Shown: piece after piece, positions 7,909 to 16,592 of the stretch | How the letters are laid out: each line of letters begins with the position of its first letter | Numbering within the stretch: position 1 is the stretch's first letter | From: Archaeoglobus fulgidus DSM 4304 | GTDB lineage: Archaea > Halobacteriota > Archaeoglobi > Archaeoglobales > Archaeoglobaceae | DNA length: 32,000 nt | NCBI RefSeq assembly: GCF_000008665.1 | Contig: NC_000917.1 | Coordinates: 1,200,001 to 1,232,000, forward strand | Direction: 5' to 3' | Made by a program: the position numbers and the translations under genes | Notes under the pieces: model-generated | Told to the model about the DNA's origin: nothing | Database searches by the model: none | What the model saw: the letters and a program-made list of their open reading frames with translations, nothing else

Positions 7909-8955
7909 ATGAGACGTTTTGCCGTACTACTCCTGCTGGCAATTTTTTTAGGTGGCTGCAGCGGAAGCAACGGGGCAGCTGAGGAGAAGTGGAAAATGAA
8001 AGTCATATGGCATGTTGACACGTCTGGAGAGCCATTTATGGACTTAAGCCCTGACGGCGAGCTTGCTGCTGCGGTGGATTGGAACAATGCGAAGATTTAT
8101 CTCGTCAAGCCCGACGGAGAAAGTGTCGTCTTTGACATTCAGGGCCAGGATGCCGTGAAGCCCGTGGTTAGTGGAGTTGCACTGAAGGATGGTGTGGCAT
8201 ACGTTCTTGGCAGCTACGAGGATTTTGTGGGCATTAGAAAATACTCGTGGAATGGCGAGGTTGGGGAAGAAAGGCACGGATGGGCAGGTTCTGTTTCTGA
8301 CAACATTCTCCGCTCCCCAAGCGGTAACCACCTCTGCTATCTCATCACCATTGATGCGGGAAAGCAGGAGCTATACTGTGACGGTGTGAAGATGACGCTC
8401 GGCGGTGATTATTACTTCCTGAACAGCGTTTCGGATAGTGGAGTTGTGGTAATTTCAAGTGGAGACGGCACTCACGTTTTCAAGGAGGGAAATGAGGTTC
8501 TCAGCTTTAACACGAGCAACGTGGTGGCGTACAAAGACAGAGTTCTGGTCAACGAAGAAGACTTCTTGAGAGTTTACGACCTCAGCGGGAATTTGGTGGG
8601 TGAGAAGGAAGGATACACCTTCAGCCTTACAACTTTGCTTCGCTGGACATTGTTGCCCACCGAAAGGTACATCTTCCGATACGAGCCCTTGGAGGACACG
8701 CACGTAATCACATGGGACATAAAACAGGTCGAGACTCTCCCCGGATTTCCGCAGTTCGCCAATGATCATTTTGTTGTCACATCCAAAAATGGCGTTCTTC
8801 ATTGCTACTCACTTAAGGACTTCCATGAGGTTTTCAGCGTTGAAATGCCCGAAGATGATGGTCTGATAAAGCTCAGCGATGATGGTAGGGTTATGCTTGT
8901 TTCAGGGGAGAATGGGGGATACTGGCTCTACGTGAGCTCAGAAAATAATTTTTGA
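7909..8955 (+). CDS. secreted lipoprotein with PD40/WD40-like beta-propeller repeats
   Basis: MRRFAVLLLLAIFLGGCSG is a signal peptide with a lipobox Cys. Recurring blade-like motifs are LSPDGELAA, RSPSGNHLCY, VSDSGVVVIS and LSDDGRVMLVS. The track start at 7894 lies inside the IS end. Confidence 0.6.
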   Translation: MRRFAVLLLLAIFLGGCSGSNGAAEEKWKMKVIWHVDTSGEPFMDLSPDGELAAAVDWNNAKIYLVKPDGESVVFDIQGQDAVKPVVSGVALKDGVAYVLGSYEDFVGIRKYSWNGEVGEERHGWAGSVSDNILRSPSGNHLCYLITIDAGKQELYCDGVKMTLGGDYYFLNSVSDSGVVVISSGDGTHVFKEGNEVLSFNTSNVVAYKDRVLVNEEDFLRVYDLSGNLVGEKEGYTFSLTTLLRWTLLPTERYIFRYEPLEDTHVITWDIKQVETLPGFPQFANDHFVVTSKNGVLHCYSLKDFHEVFSVEMPEDDGLIKLSDDGRVMLVSGENGGYWLYVSSENNF

Positions 8956-9020
8956 TTTAATTTTTGTTACCATCATAAACTGCTATCTTTTATGCTTAAC
9001 TATTTATACCCCCATGTTGT

Positions 9021-9941
9021 TTGATGCTCATGAGAGATTTGGCTGTAGGAGTCGTTATAGGTCTGATCATTGGAGCAATTGCCGTTTACGCTTTCACCGC
9101 TTTGCAGCCTTCGGGTGAAGAAGTCTGCCCCGCAAACCCACCTGAATCTCTGGACCAGAAGACCCTTGAGAGTGTATCGAAGAAGCTGAACAATCTCATT
9201 CATCAGAACAATCCCGATGTCAGCGTGAGAATTTCGGATTATTCTCCCTACGGTGAGGTTTACAGGGTAAAAGTCGAATTCTACAATGATAACGGCACTC
9301 TGGAAAGCTACGATATGTTCCTGACTGCCAACGGCTCTCTGCTCTTTACCAACTATGTTGACTTGACCAAGCTGAGCGAAGAAGAGGTAAGAATCAACGT
9401 CAGTATAGATGATGACCCCTTCAAAGGAGCTGAGGATGCCAAAGTAGTTATTGTGGAGTTCTCCAACTATGCTTGTGGTCATTGCGCAGATTTTGCTATA
9501 GAGACTGAGCCTAAGATTCTAGAGAAATACGGTGACAAGGTGAAGATAGTCTTCAGAGACTTCCCTGGGTTTGGAGAAATTTCCTACTTTGCAGCAGAGG
9601 CAGCAAACTGTGCGGGAGAGCAGGGCAAGTACTGGGAGTTCCACGACCTGCTTTTTGAGAATCAGCGGGAGTGGATTTCCAACAACTCAAAGATTTACGA
9701 CTACGCAGAGCAGCTCGGACTGAACGTTGACGAGTTCAAGGCCTGCATTGAGTCGGGCAAGTACAGAGAAGAGGTGGACAAAGACTATAAGGATGGAATT
9801 AGTTATGGTGTTACTGGCACACCAACGTTCTTTATTGGTACTCCAAATGGCACATTTGTTAACGGAAAGAAGGTCGCTGGTGCATTGAACTTCGAGCAGT
9901 TCGCCGCTCTGATTGAGCAGGAGCTTCAGCAAGCTTCTTAA
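9021..9941 (+). CDS. membrane-anchored DsbA-family thiol:disulfide oxidoreductase
   Basis: N-terminal TM anchor LAVGVVIGLIIGAIAVYAF. Thioredoxin-fold block KVVIVEFSNYACGHCADFA with a CGHC active site, and C-terminal GVTGTPTFFIG. The real start is probably ATG 9024 or 9030. TATA-like CTATTTATAC at 9000-9009. Confidence 0.8.
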   Translation: MMLMRDLAVGVVIGLIIGAIAVYAFTALQPSGEEVCPANPPESLDQKTLESVSKKLNNLIHQNNPDVSVRISDYSPYGEVYRVKVEFYNDNGTLESYDMFLTANGSLLFTNYVDLTKLSEEEVRINVSIDDDPFKGAEDAKVVIVEFSNYACGHCADFAIETEPKILEKYGDKVKIVFRDFPGFGEISYFAAEAANCAGEQGKYWEFHDLLFENQREWISNNSKIYDYAEQLGLNVDEFKACIESGKYREEVDKDYKDGISYGVTGTPTFFIGTPNGTFVNGKKVAGALNFEQFAALIEQELQQAS

Positions 9942-9984
9942 ATATTTTTATCAGTGAAAAATTTACGTTTTGAAATTTCTAAAC

Positions 9985-10932
9985 TCAGTAAACGCTCTTA
10001 TTTATCACAACTTCCGCAATATCAGCAGAATATCCCGCAACCCTCGAAACACTGTCAAGAATGGTTTTCAGGTTCATCAACTGCACGACCTCCAGCTCAG
10101 CAATTTTTTCGTAGTATTTAAGAATTCTGTTAGTAAAATCCTCTACATCCTCAAGAACCTCTTCAGCAATTTTTCTGTCATTTTTAAAGAAGCAAACCAT
10201 GGCCCTTCTAAATATATTTTCCAAGGTCTCAATCATTTCGCTCAATTCTCCATAGCCCCTTTCAAGGTTCAATGTTGCTTCACTCATCTGACTTATGTGG
10301 TCGGACACTCTCTCCAGATTTCTAACCACGCTTCTGTAGTTCATTGCATCAACTGCGTGCATGATTCCCCCTTCTCCTGCATGGTTAAGGAGTCTCAATA
10401 CGAGAAAGTGAAGCTTATCCACCTCATTTTCCCTCGTAAGTATGGTGCTGCACACTGCCCTGTCAAGATTGGCTACAACATCCTTCAAATCTTTGAGCAT
10501 ACTCAGCGTAATGTTGAAAAGCTTTTCAAGAATGGCATCTATTTCAAAACGCTCCACGTCAAGAAAAACTTCAATTAGCAGCTTATTTCCAGTATCTTCC
10601 ATAATTTCTGCTCCAACAAGCAAATCAACTGCAAAGGCAACAGCTCTCCTCTGTTCATCGCTGTAAACTCTAACAGCCATGGAAGAGTAGCCAGCGAGGT
10701 AGTAAGATATCACCAGCCTTACAAGGTGATTGAATTTTGCTTCAGCATCCTCAATATTCGCTCTTAAGCTCTTCTCCTCAATTTTTGGTTTTATGCATAT
10801 TGAATTCTCCTTTATCTCAAGAAATAACGTGTCTCCCTCCTTTATTCCAAACTCCTCCACCCAGTTCTTGGGCAGAGTGATTATGTAGCTGCTCCTTCCG
10901 GTGCGGTATACCTTCCTCGCCTCAACCTTCAC
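9985..10932 (-). CDS. phosphate-uptake regulator: SpoVT/AbrB DNA-binding domain fused to PhoU repeats
   Basis: 315 aa with a GTG start. The N-terminus KVYRTGRSSYIITLPKNWVEEFGIKEGDTLFLEI is an AbrB-type swapped-hairpin motif. The rest is helical PhoU-like repeats (RxxxRVxDHI-type: RNLERVSDHISQM; SRVAGYSADIAEV). It is divergent from pstS. Confidence 0.8.
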   Translation of the reverse strand: MKVEARKVYRTGRSSYIITLPKNWVEEFGIKEGDTLFLEIKENSICIKPKIEEKSLRANIEDAEAKFNHLVRLVISYYLAGYSSMAVRVYSDEQRRAVAFAVDLLVGAEIMEDTGNKLLIEVFLDVERFEIDAILEKLFNITLSMLKDLKDVVANLDRAVCSTILTRENEVDKLHFLVLRLLNHAGEGGIMHAVDAMNYRSVVRNLERVSDHISQMSEATLNLERGYGELSEMIETLENIFRRAMVCFFKNDRKIAEEVLEDVEDFTNRILKYYEKIAELEVVQLMNLKTILDSVSRVAGYSADIAEVVINKSVY

Positions 10933-11036
10933 ATACCATCGTGAAAATCTAAATATTTATGCGTTTTCCCTAAGGGATGGTATATACAACATTTACTAAC
11001 TATATGATGTATATTTTAATGCGACAAGATGTATAT
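10933..11036. promoter_or_regulatory. divergent promoter region with four copies of GATG(G)TAT
   Basis: ATACCATC at 10933-10940 (reverse orientation), GATGGTAT at 10976-10983, GATGTATAT at 11006-11014 and at 11028-11036. TATA-like TAAATATTTAT (10950-10960) and TATATTTTAAT (11010-11020). Confidence 0.45.
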
Positions 11037-11058
11037 CTCTCAGATAATACGCAGTTGC

Positions 11059-12012
11059 ATGAAAAAGGTGCTAATGGTTCTCCTGACGCTGGTGGCACTG
11101 CTTCTCGCCGGGTGCCAGTCGAATGAGGGTCAGGGAAAGGAGATTTCAGGAGAGGTAAAGGTTGCAGGAAGCAGCACAGTGTACCCAATTACTGCAGCTA
11201 TGGCCGAGGAATTTAACAAACTATACCCGGAAGTTGTTGTTTCTGTTCAGTCAACAGGCACCGGTGGAGGATTCAGGAACTTCTTCATTCCGGGCCTGAC
11301 TGACATAAACGATGCAAGCAGGCCGATAAAGCAATCGGAGCTTGATGAGGCAAGAAAAAATGGTGTTGAACCTTTGGAGTTTCTCGTTGGCTACGATGCC
11401 CTAACTGTGATAGTAAATCCAGAAAACGACTGGGCTGAGTGCCTGAGCTTTGACGACTTGAGAAAAATCTGGGGCCCAGATGCAACTGAGAGCATCACGA
11501 GATGGAGTCAGGTGAATCCGGAGTGGCCGGATGAAGAGATGCACCTCTACGGCCCAACCTCAGCGAGCGGAACCTTCGATTTCTTCACGGAGCACGTAAT
11601 CGGCGAATCTGGGGCGCACAGGCAGGACTACCACGGCACGGAAGAGGATAACACCATAATTCAGGCAGTTGCGAGGGACAAGGATGCGATGGGCTACCTC
11701 GGCCTTGCATACTACCTCGAAAACAAAGACAAGGTTAAGGCTGCAAAGATAAAGAGCGAGCAGGGGGAGTGCGTTGAGCCAAGCATCGAAACCGGGCAGA
11801 GCGGTGAATATCCGCTTGCCAGACCGCTGTTCATATACGTCAACAAGGAGTCGCTCAAGAAGCCGGCTGTGAGGGAGTTCGTTAAGTTCTACCTCGAAAA
11901 TCTGGACAGCGGAATCGTTGAGGAGATTGGCTACGTTCCTGTAAGCAAGGATCAGAAGGAGGAGAACCTGAAGAAGCTTAGCGAAGCCCTGAAGGATCTG
12001 GGCCTGGAGTAG
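11059..12012 (+). CDS. pstS: phosphate ABC transporter substrate-binding lipoprotein PstS
   Basis: MKKVLMVLLTLVALLLAGCQS is a lipobox signal. GSSTVYPIT, TGTGGGF and the overall PstS/PBP-like layout support the call. The track start at 11029 lies in the promoter repeats. Confidence 0.9.
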   Translation: MKKVLMVLLTLVALLLAGCQSNEGQGKEISGEVKVAGSSTVYPITAAMAEEFNKLYPEVVVSVQSTGTGGGFRNFFIPGLTDINDASRPIKQSELDEARKNGVEPLEFLVGYDALTVIVNPENDWAECLSFDDLRKIWGPDATESITRWSQVNPEWPDEEMHLYGPTSASGTFDFFTEHVIGESGAHRQDYHGTEEDNTIIQAVARDKDAMGYLGLAYYLENKDKVKAAKIKSEQGECVEPSIETGQSGEYPLARPLFIYVNKESLKKPAVREFVKFYLENLDSGIVEEIGYVPVSKDQKEENLKKLSEALKDLGLE

Positions 12013-12022
12013 GGGGGTGTAG

Positions 12023-12916
12023 ATGGCGAAAGCTTCAGACAAAATCGTTTACGTTTTACTTCTTTTTTCAGCCCTCATCACCGTTGCGGTAACCTTCGGT
12101 ATAGTTTTGACGCTCGTAGGCGACACCATCAGGTTTTTCTCCCACATTTCACCCCTTGAGTTCTTTCTCGGCACAAAGTGGACTCCAACAATCAGGCCGT
12201 ACTCCTTTGGCGTTTTACCGCTTGTAGCAGGAACGGTTATGGTTACCGTTGGTGCTGCAGCCATCGCAATTCCATCCGGGTTGCTGGCGGCAGTCTATCT
12301 TTCGGAGTATGCGGGGGAGAGGAGAAGGGCTGTGCTGAAGCCATTGCTTGAGATTCTCGCAGGCATTCCAACGGTCGTTTACGGATACTTCGCCTTCGCC
12401 TACATAACCCCCTTTCTCAAAGCCCTCTTCCCCGACATCTCCGCCTACAACGCTCTTAGCGCTTCCATTGTCGTGGGAATCATGATAATCCCGATAGTGG
12501 CAAGTATAAGCGAGGATGCTTTGAGGGCAGTTCCCCAGTCCTTGAGAGAGGCTGGCTACGCGCTGGGAGCGAGGAAGGCTAAGGTGATAGCAAGCATAGT
12601 GATTCCCGCTGCACTGTCGGGTATCGTTGCCAGCTTCATCCTCGGAATTTCGAGAGCTATAGGCGAGACGATGGCTGTAACCATAGCAGCGGGAAGAACT
12701 CCAAGGCTCGTTAACATTCTGAATCCAGTCGACTGGCTCGGATCAATTGAAACCATGACCGCCGCAATGGTCGAGATAGGGATAAGCGACGTCAGCGGAC
12801 AGAGCGTTGCATATCAGAGCCTCTTCGCCATTGGCTTCACGCTGTTCCTGATGACCATGCTCCTCAACACTGTAAGCTATGCAATAAAGATGAGATTCAG
12901 GGAGGTGTACAGATGA
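12023..12916 (+). CDS. pstC: phosphate ABC transporter permease PstC
   Basis: 297 aa, polytopic, with an EAA-loop-like [29 protein letters not shown] lies before the ATG. Confidence 0.9.
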   Translation: MAKASDKIVYVLLLFSALITVAVTFGIVLTLVGDTIRFFSHISPLEFFLGTKWTPTIRPYSFGVLPLVAGTVMVTVGAAAIAIPSGLLAAVYLSEYAGERRRAVLKPLLEILAGIPTVVYGYFAFAYITPFLKALFPDISAYNALSASIVVGIMIIPIVASISEDALRAVPQSLREAGYALGARKAKVIASIVIPAALSGIVASFILGISRAIGETMAVTIAAGRTPRLVNILNPVDWLGSIETMTAAMVEIGISDVSGQSVAYQSLFAIGFTLFLMTMLLNTVSYAIKMRFREVYR

Positions 12917-13764
12917 AGGCCGATGAAATCAAAGAAGGGCTTTTCATGCTTCTCGCATTGGCTGCAACGGTATTCGGAGTTGTTGTTCTTGCCGCACTGC
13001 TTGCTTACACCTTCGTCGAAGCGGCGGCATGGCTCGATTTGCAGTTCTTAACCTCCCCCCCATCGAGATTTCCTGAAAAAGCAGGGATATTTCCATCCCT
13101 TGTGGGCTCAATCATGGCAATAGCTCTCGTTGGTGTGATGGTTTTGCCTCTTGGTGTGGGAGCGGCAATATACCTTGAGGAGTATGCCAGAAAGAACTGG
13201 CTGACAAAGCTGATTGAGATTAACATTTCAAACCTCGCTGCAGTGCCATCAATCGTCTACGGTCTTCTCGGCCTCGGCCTTTTCGTCTCAACTCTCGGCT
13301 TAAAGCCCGGAATCGTTCTTGTGGGATCTCTGACTCTGACGCTGCTTGTTCTGCCCATTGTAATCGTTGCAGCGCAAGAATCGCTGAGAGCCGTTCCATT
13401 CTCTCTTAGGGAAGCTTCCTTGGCTGTGGGAGCGACGAAGTGGCAGACCGTCAAAAGCGTTGTTCTCCCAAGCTCTCTTCCGGGGATAATGACTGGAGTG
13501 ATACTGGCGCTTTCGAGAGCCATAGGAGAGACCGCACCTCTCATAATGATCGGCGTCGCAACAGCAACCTTCACAGCCCCAAAGGACATCTTCAGCACCT
13601 ACTCAGCCCTGCCAATGCTAATCTTCATGTGGACCGACATGCCGAAGGAGGAATTTCTGCATGGTCTTGCTCCTGCAGCCATCGTCGTTTTGCTGGCAAT
13701 AATGCTCTCGATGAACGCCTTCGCCGTTTATCTGAGAAACAAATTCGCAAGGAGGTTGAGATAA
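12913..13764 (+). CDS. pstA: phosphate ABC transporter permease PstA
   Basis: 283 aa, polytopic, with [29 protein letters not shown] overlap with pstC. Confidence 0.9.
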   Translation: MKADEIKEGLFMLLALAATVFGVVVLAALLAYTFVEAAAWLDLQFLTSPPSRFPEKAGIFPSLVGSIMAIALVGVMVLPLGVGAAIYLEEYARKNWLTKLIEINISNLAAVPSIVYGLLGLGLFVSTLGLKPGIVLVGSLTLTLLVLPIVIVAAQESLRAVPFSLREASLAVGATKWQTVKSVVLPSSLPGIMTGVILALSRAIGETAPLIMIGVATATFTAPKDIFSTYSALPMLIFMWTDMPKEEFLHGLAPAAIVVLLAIMLSMNAFAVYLRNKFARRLR

Positions 13765-14520
13765 ATGGAGGTGGCTTTCGACATCAGAAACTTTTCCGTT
13801 TATTACGGAAACAAGGTTGGAATAAGGAACGTGAACCTTGAAATCTACAGGAACAAGGTTACCGCCATAATAGGCCCAAGCGGATGCGGCAAGTCAACAC
13901 TTCTGAGGTCTCTGAACAGGCTCATCGAGCTGGTTGATGGTGTCAGGATTGAAGGAGAGGTGATTTTCGATGGCAAGAACATCTACGATGATGGCGTCGA
14001 TGCGGTGGAGTTGAGAAGGAGAATAGGCATGGTCTTCCAGCATCCGAATCCCTTTCCGAAGAGCATATTTGACAACGTTGCCTACGGACCGAGAGTCCAC
14101 GGTATAAAGGATAAAGAGAGGTTGAAGGAGATCGTGGAGGAAAGTCTGAAAAAAGCAGCTTTGTGGGATGAAGTTAAAGACAGGCTGAGCGACAGCGCTC
14201 TGGGGCTTTCGGGAGGGCAGCAGCAGAGGCTCTGCATAGCGAGAGCAATCGCAACGAATCCTGAGGTCATTCTGTTTGACGAGCCGACCTCAGCCCTCGA
14301 CCCAATAGCAGCGGCAAAAATAGAGGAGCTTATGGTTGAGCTGAAGAAGAACTACACGGTTGTGGTTGTAACACACAACATCCAGCAGGCTGCGAGGATA
14401 AGCGATTATGTCGCCTTCTTCTGGATGGGGGAGCTTGTTGAGTATGGTAAAACAGCTAAGGTTTTTGAGAAACCTGAGAAGGAATTAACTGAAAAGTATC
14501 TTACGGGGAGGGTTGGATGA
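13765..14520 (+). CDS. pstB: phosphate ABC transporter ATPase PstB
   Basis: Walker [13 protein letters not shown] signature LSGGQQQR, Walker [12 protein letters not shown]. Confidence 0.95.
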   Translation: MEVAFDIRNFSVYYGNKVGIRNVNLEIYRNKVTAIIGPSGCGKSTLLRSLNRLIELVDGVRIEGEVIFDGKNIYDDGVDAVELRRRIGMVFQHPNPFPKSIFDNVAYGPRVHGIKDKERLKEIVEESLKKAALWDEVKDRLSDSALGLSGGQQQRLCIARAIATNPEVILFDEPTSALDPIAAAKIEELMVELKKNYTVVVVTHNIQQAARISDYVAFFWMGELVEYGKTAKVFEKPEKELTEKYLTGRVG

Positions 14521-15107
14521 AGAGGATTGAGGAAAAGGAAAAGGCAATAATGGACGAAATTATGGAAATGCACGCTCTGGCTGAGAAGGCAGTTGAGCTT
14601 TCCTTCAGAGCGATGAGAGGGGATAAGAGTGTTGTCAGGGAAATATCCAGAATCGAGCAGCAGACCGATGTCCTCGATACGGACATAAACTACGCCTGCA
14701 CCACTTTCATTGCCCTTTTCCAGCCTGTTGCAAGAGATTTGAGGTTCGCAATCAGCATCATGAGAATCTCGTCCTCTTACGAAAGAATCGCAGACATAGC
14801 TCAGGAAATCTCTCTCTACGAATCAAAGCTGCCAGAAATCGTTTTTAAGGCCGAAAAATATCTTAAGAAAATGTTTGATGCTGTAAAGGAGGGCTACACG
14901 AAAACAGAGGGCTTGAAGGAAAGGATGACTGAACTGGACAATGCGGTGGATGAGATTTACGTGGAGGCAATTGAGCAGCTTGAGGAGAGCTGTGATGTGA
15001 ATGCTGTTCTCACGGTAAGGCACATTGAGAGAATTGGGGATTTGCTGGCAAAGATTGCGGCAAGGCAGATATTTATAAAGGAGGGAAGGAGGGTCTGGAT
15101 TATATGA
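14517..15107 (+). CDS. phoU: phosphate transport system regulator PhoU
   Basis: 196 aa, two-repeat helical PhoU ([13 protein letters not shown]; [13 protein letters not shown]). ATGA overlap with pstB. Confidence 0.9.
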   Translation: MKRIEEKEKAIMDEIMEMHALAEKAVELSFRAMRGDKSVVREISRIEQQTDVLDTDINYACTTFIALFQPVARDLRFAISIMRISSSYERIADIAQEISLYESKLPEIVFKAEKYLKKMFDAVKEGYTKTEGLKERMTELDNAVDEIYVEAIEQLEESCDVNAVLTVRHIERIGDLLAKIAARQIFIKEGRRVWII

Positions 15108-15511
15108 AAGTCCTCTTCGTCTGCATCCACAATACTGCCAGAAGCGTAATGGCCGAGGCTCTCTTCAACGCCATGGCAAAAAGCTGGAAGGCGGAGAGTG
15201 CTGGTGTGGAGAAAGCAGAGAGGGTTGATGAGACTGTAAAGCGCTTGCTGGCGGAAAGGGGGTTGAAGGCGAAGGAGAAGCCGAGGACTGTGGATGAAGT
15301 CAATTTAGACGACTTCGATTTGATTGTGACAGTATGTGAGGAGAGCAGCTGCGTTGTTCTGCCCACAGACAAACCTGTGACGAGATGGCACATTGAAAAT
15401 CCCGCAGGAAAGGATGAGGGAACTTACAGGAGGGTTCTTGCGGAGATTGAGGAGAGGGTGAAAAAGCTGGTTGGCGAGCTGGAAGGCGGGCAGTCCTCAT
15501 CCCCATTGTGA
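15104..15511 (+). CDS. arsC: low-molecular-weight phosphatase-fold arsenate reductase (ArsC, thioredoxin-type) or LMW protein-tyrosine phosphatase
   Basis: P-loop VLFVCIHNTARS (Cys7-X5-Arg13-Ser14), a downstream Cys pair TVCEESSC (Cys78/Cys83), and WHIENP. ATGA overlap with phoU. Confidence 0.75.
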   Translation: MKVLFVCIHNTARSVMAEALFNAMAKSWKAESAGVEKAERVDETVKRLLAERGLKAKEKPRTVDEVNLDDFDLIVTVCEESSCVVLPTDKPVTRWHIENPAGKDEGTYRRVLAEIEERVKKLVGELEGGQSSSPL

Positions 15512-15569
15512 TTACTCTCAAAACAAAGCATGCAAACCTTTAAAAGGGATTAAAGCAACAAACCAGTGG

Positions 15570-16592
15570 ATGCTGGAGAAACTCACAATCCCTCCCAACA
15601 CGAGATTTGAAGAGAGGAACATAGTGGCGAGTGGGGACGTAATCATAGGCCCCAACTCAAAGCTCAGCTACGGAGTCATCGCAAAGAAGATAATTGTCGG
15701 GGAGAGGACCACAATTGAGGGAGACCTGTTAGGAGAGGAGATAAGGCTCGATGCTTGGTGCAGCGTTACTGGAAATGTCACTTCAAAACAGGATGCCTAC
15801 ATTGGAGAGTTCGCGTCAATCGGAGGGAAGCTTACCGTTTACGGAGACCTTGAAATTGGGAGAAACGTCAGAATCAAAAATGGATTTGAGGCGAAAGGCT
15901 TGATTACCATTCAGGACCCAACGCCAGTTCTCTTCTTCATCTTCCTCTACCTCATGGTTCTTCTCCGCTTGGGGAGGCTTGAAGAGGCCGAAAAGCTTCT
16001 GGAGGAGGTGGAGGAGTTCGACGCCCCTCTGATAATCCCGGAGAACTCTCAAGTGAGCATCGACAGAATTTCCACGAGAAAGGATGCTGAGATTGTCGGC
16101 AGCAGGGTTCTCGGAAATGTTAAGGCGAGAGACATTAATGCTGAGGGAAGTGAGATTTTCGGCAGCCTGAGGGGCAGAGATATCATTGTTAGCAACTGCA
16201 GGGTTCATGGGGCAATTGAGGGCAGAGTGGTTTACCTCGTAAACTCATCGGAGGTTTTTGGCTACATAAGGGCAGATAAGGTTTACATGGAGGATGGATG
16301 CAGCGTTGAGGGTGGTATAGTCGGCAGAGAGGGTGTATGGATAAAAGAGAAGGTCGAGATTCCGGGCCGAGAGGAGGAAGCTGAAGAGGTGGAGGAGAGC
16401 GAAGAAGTACAGGAATCAGAGGAAGCTGAGTCGGAGAGAGGCAAAGGTGAGGAGCAAGAAGCAGTGGAAGTTGAAGACTCCAAGGCGGATTCGGAACAGC
16501 CAGAGGAAGCAGAGACTGTTAAAGCCGAGATATCGGAAGAGGAAGAGAAGGATGGAGTGGAAAAAGGAAAAGTTCAAGAAGATGTTTCCTAA
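15570..16592 (+). CDS. bactofilin-like (polymer-forming, beta-helix repeat) protein with central hydrophobic segment and poly-Glu tail
   Basis: 340 aa from ATG 15570, which lies 28 nt after CTTTAAAAG. Two blocks of short G/I/V-rich repeats, the hydrophobic stretch PVLFFIFLYLMVLLRLG, and a 74-aa tail with 34 Glu/Asp. The alternative fold, a left-handed hexapeptide beta-helix, is not excluded. Confidence 0.5.
   Translation: MLEKLTIPPNTRFEERNIVASGDVIIGPNSKLSYGVIAKKIIVGERTTIEGDLLGEEIRLDAWCSVTGNVTSKQDAYIGEFASIGGKLTVYGDLEIGRNVRIKNGFEAKGLITIQDPTPVLFFIFLYLMVLLRLGRLEEAEKLLEEVEEFDAPLIIPENSQVSIDRISTRKDAEIVGSRVLGNVKARDINAEGSEIFGSLRGRDIIVSNCRVHGAIEGRVVYLVNSSEVFGYIRADKVYMEDGCSVEGGIVGREGVWIKEKVEIPGREEEAEEVEESEEVQESEEAESERGKGEEQEAVEVEDSKADSEQPEEAETVKAEISEEEEKDGVEKGKVQEDVS

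Noticed and set aside
6840-7922. Alternative IS boundaries GCAAAAC (6840-6846) / GTTTTGC (7916-7922), giving exactly 1083 bp
   Set aside because: The inverted match is only 7 bp. It would place the canonical MRRF... signal-peptide start of the lipoprotein inside the IS and exclude the transposase's own TATA-like region upstream. I judge it a coincidence, though an ISfinder comparison would settle it.
9970-10578. 202-aa plus-strand ORF opposite the AbrB-PhoU gene
   Set aside because: Asn/Phe/Ile-rich product of an AT-rich antisense strand with no start-site signals. The minus-strand gene has clear AbrB and PhoU motifs.
15471-15569. Upstream extension of the beta-helix ORF (MASWKAGSPHPHCDYSQNK...) overlapping arsC
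   Set aside because: The extension overlaps the arsC 3' end and contains the TATA-like box. ATG 15570 lies at leaderless distance from that box, and the repeat domain starts right after it.
16368-16589. GAG/GAA-rich region considered as a nucleotide-level tandem repeat or hypervariable cassette
   Set aside because: Only loose recurrences occur (for example GAGGAAGCTGA, seen twice, with a one-mismatch third copy GAGGAAGCAGA) and there is no fixed period. A compositionally biased acidic protein tail explains it better.
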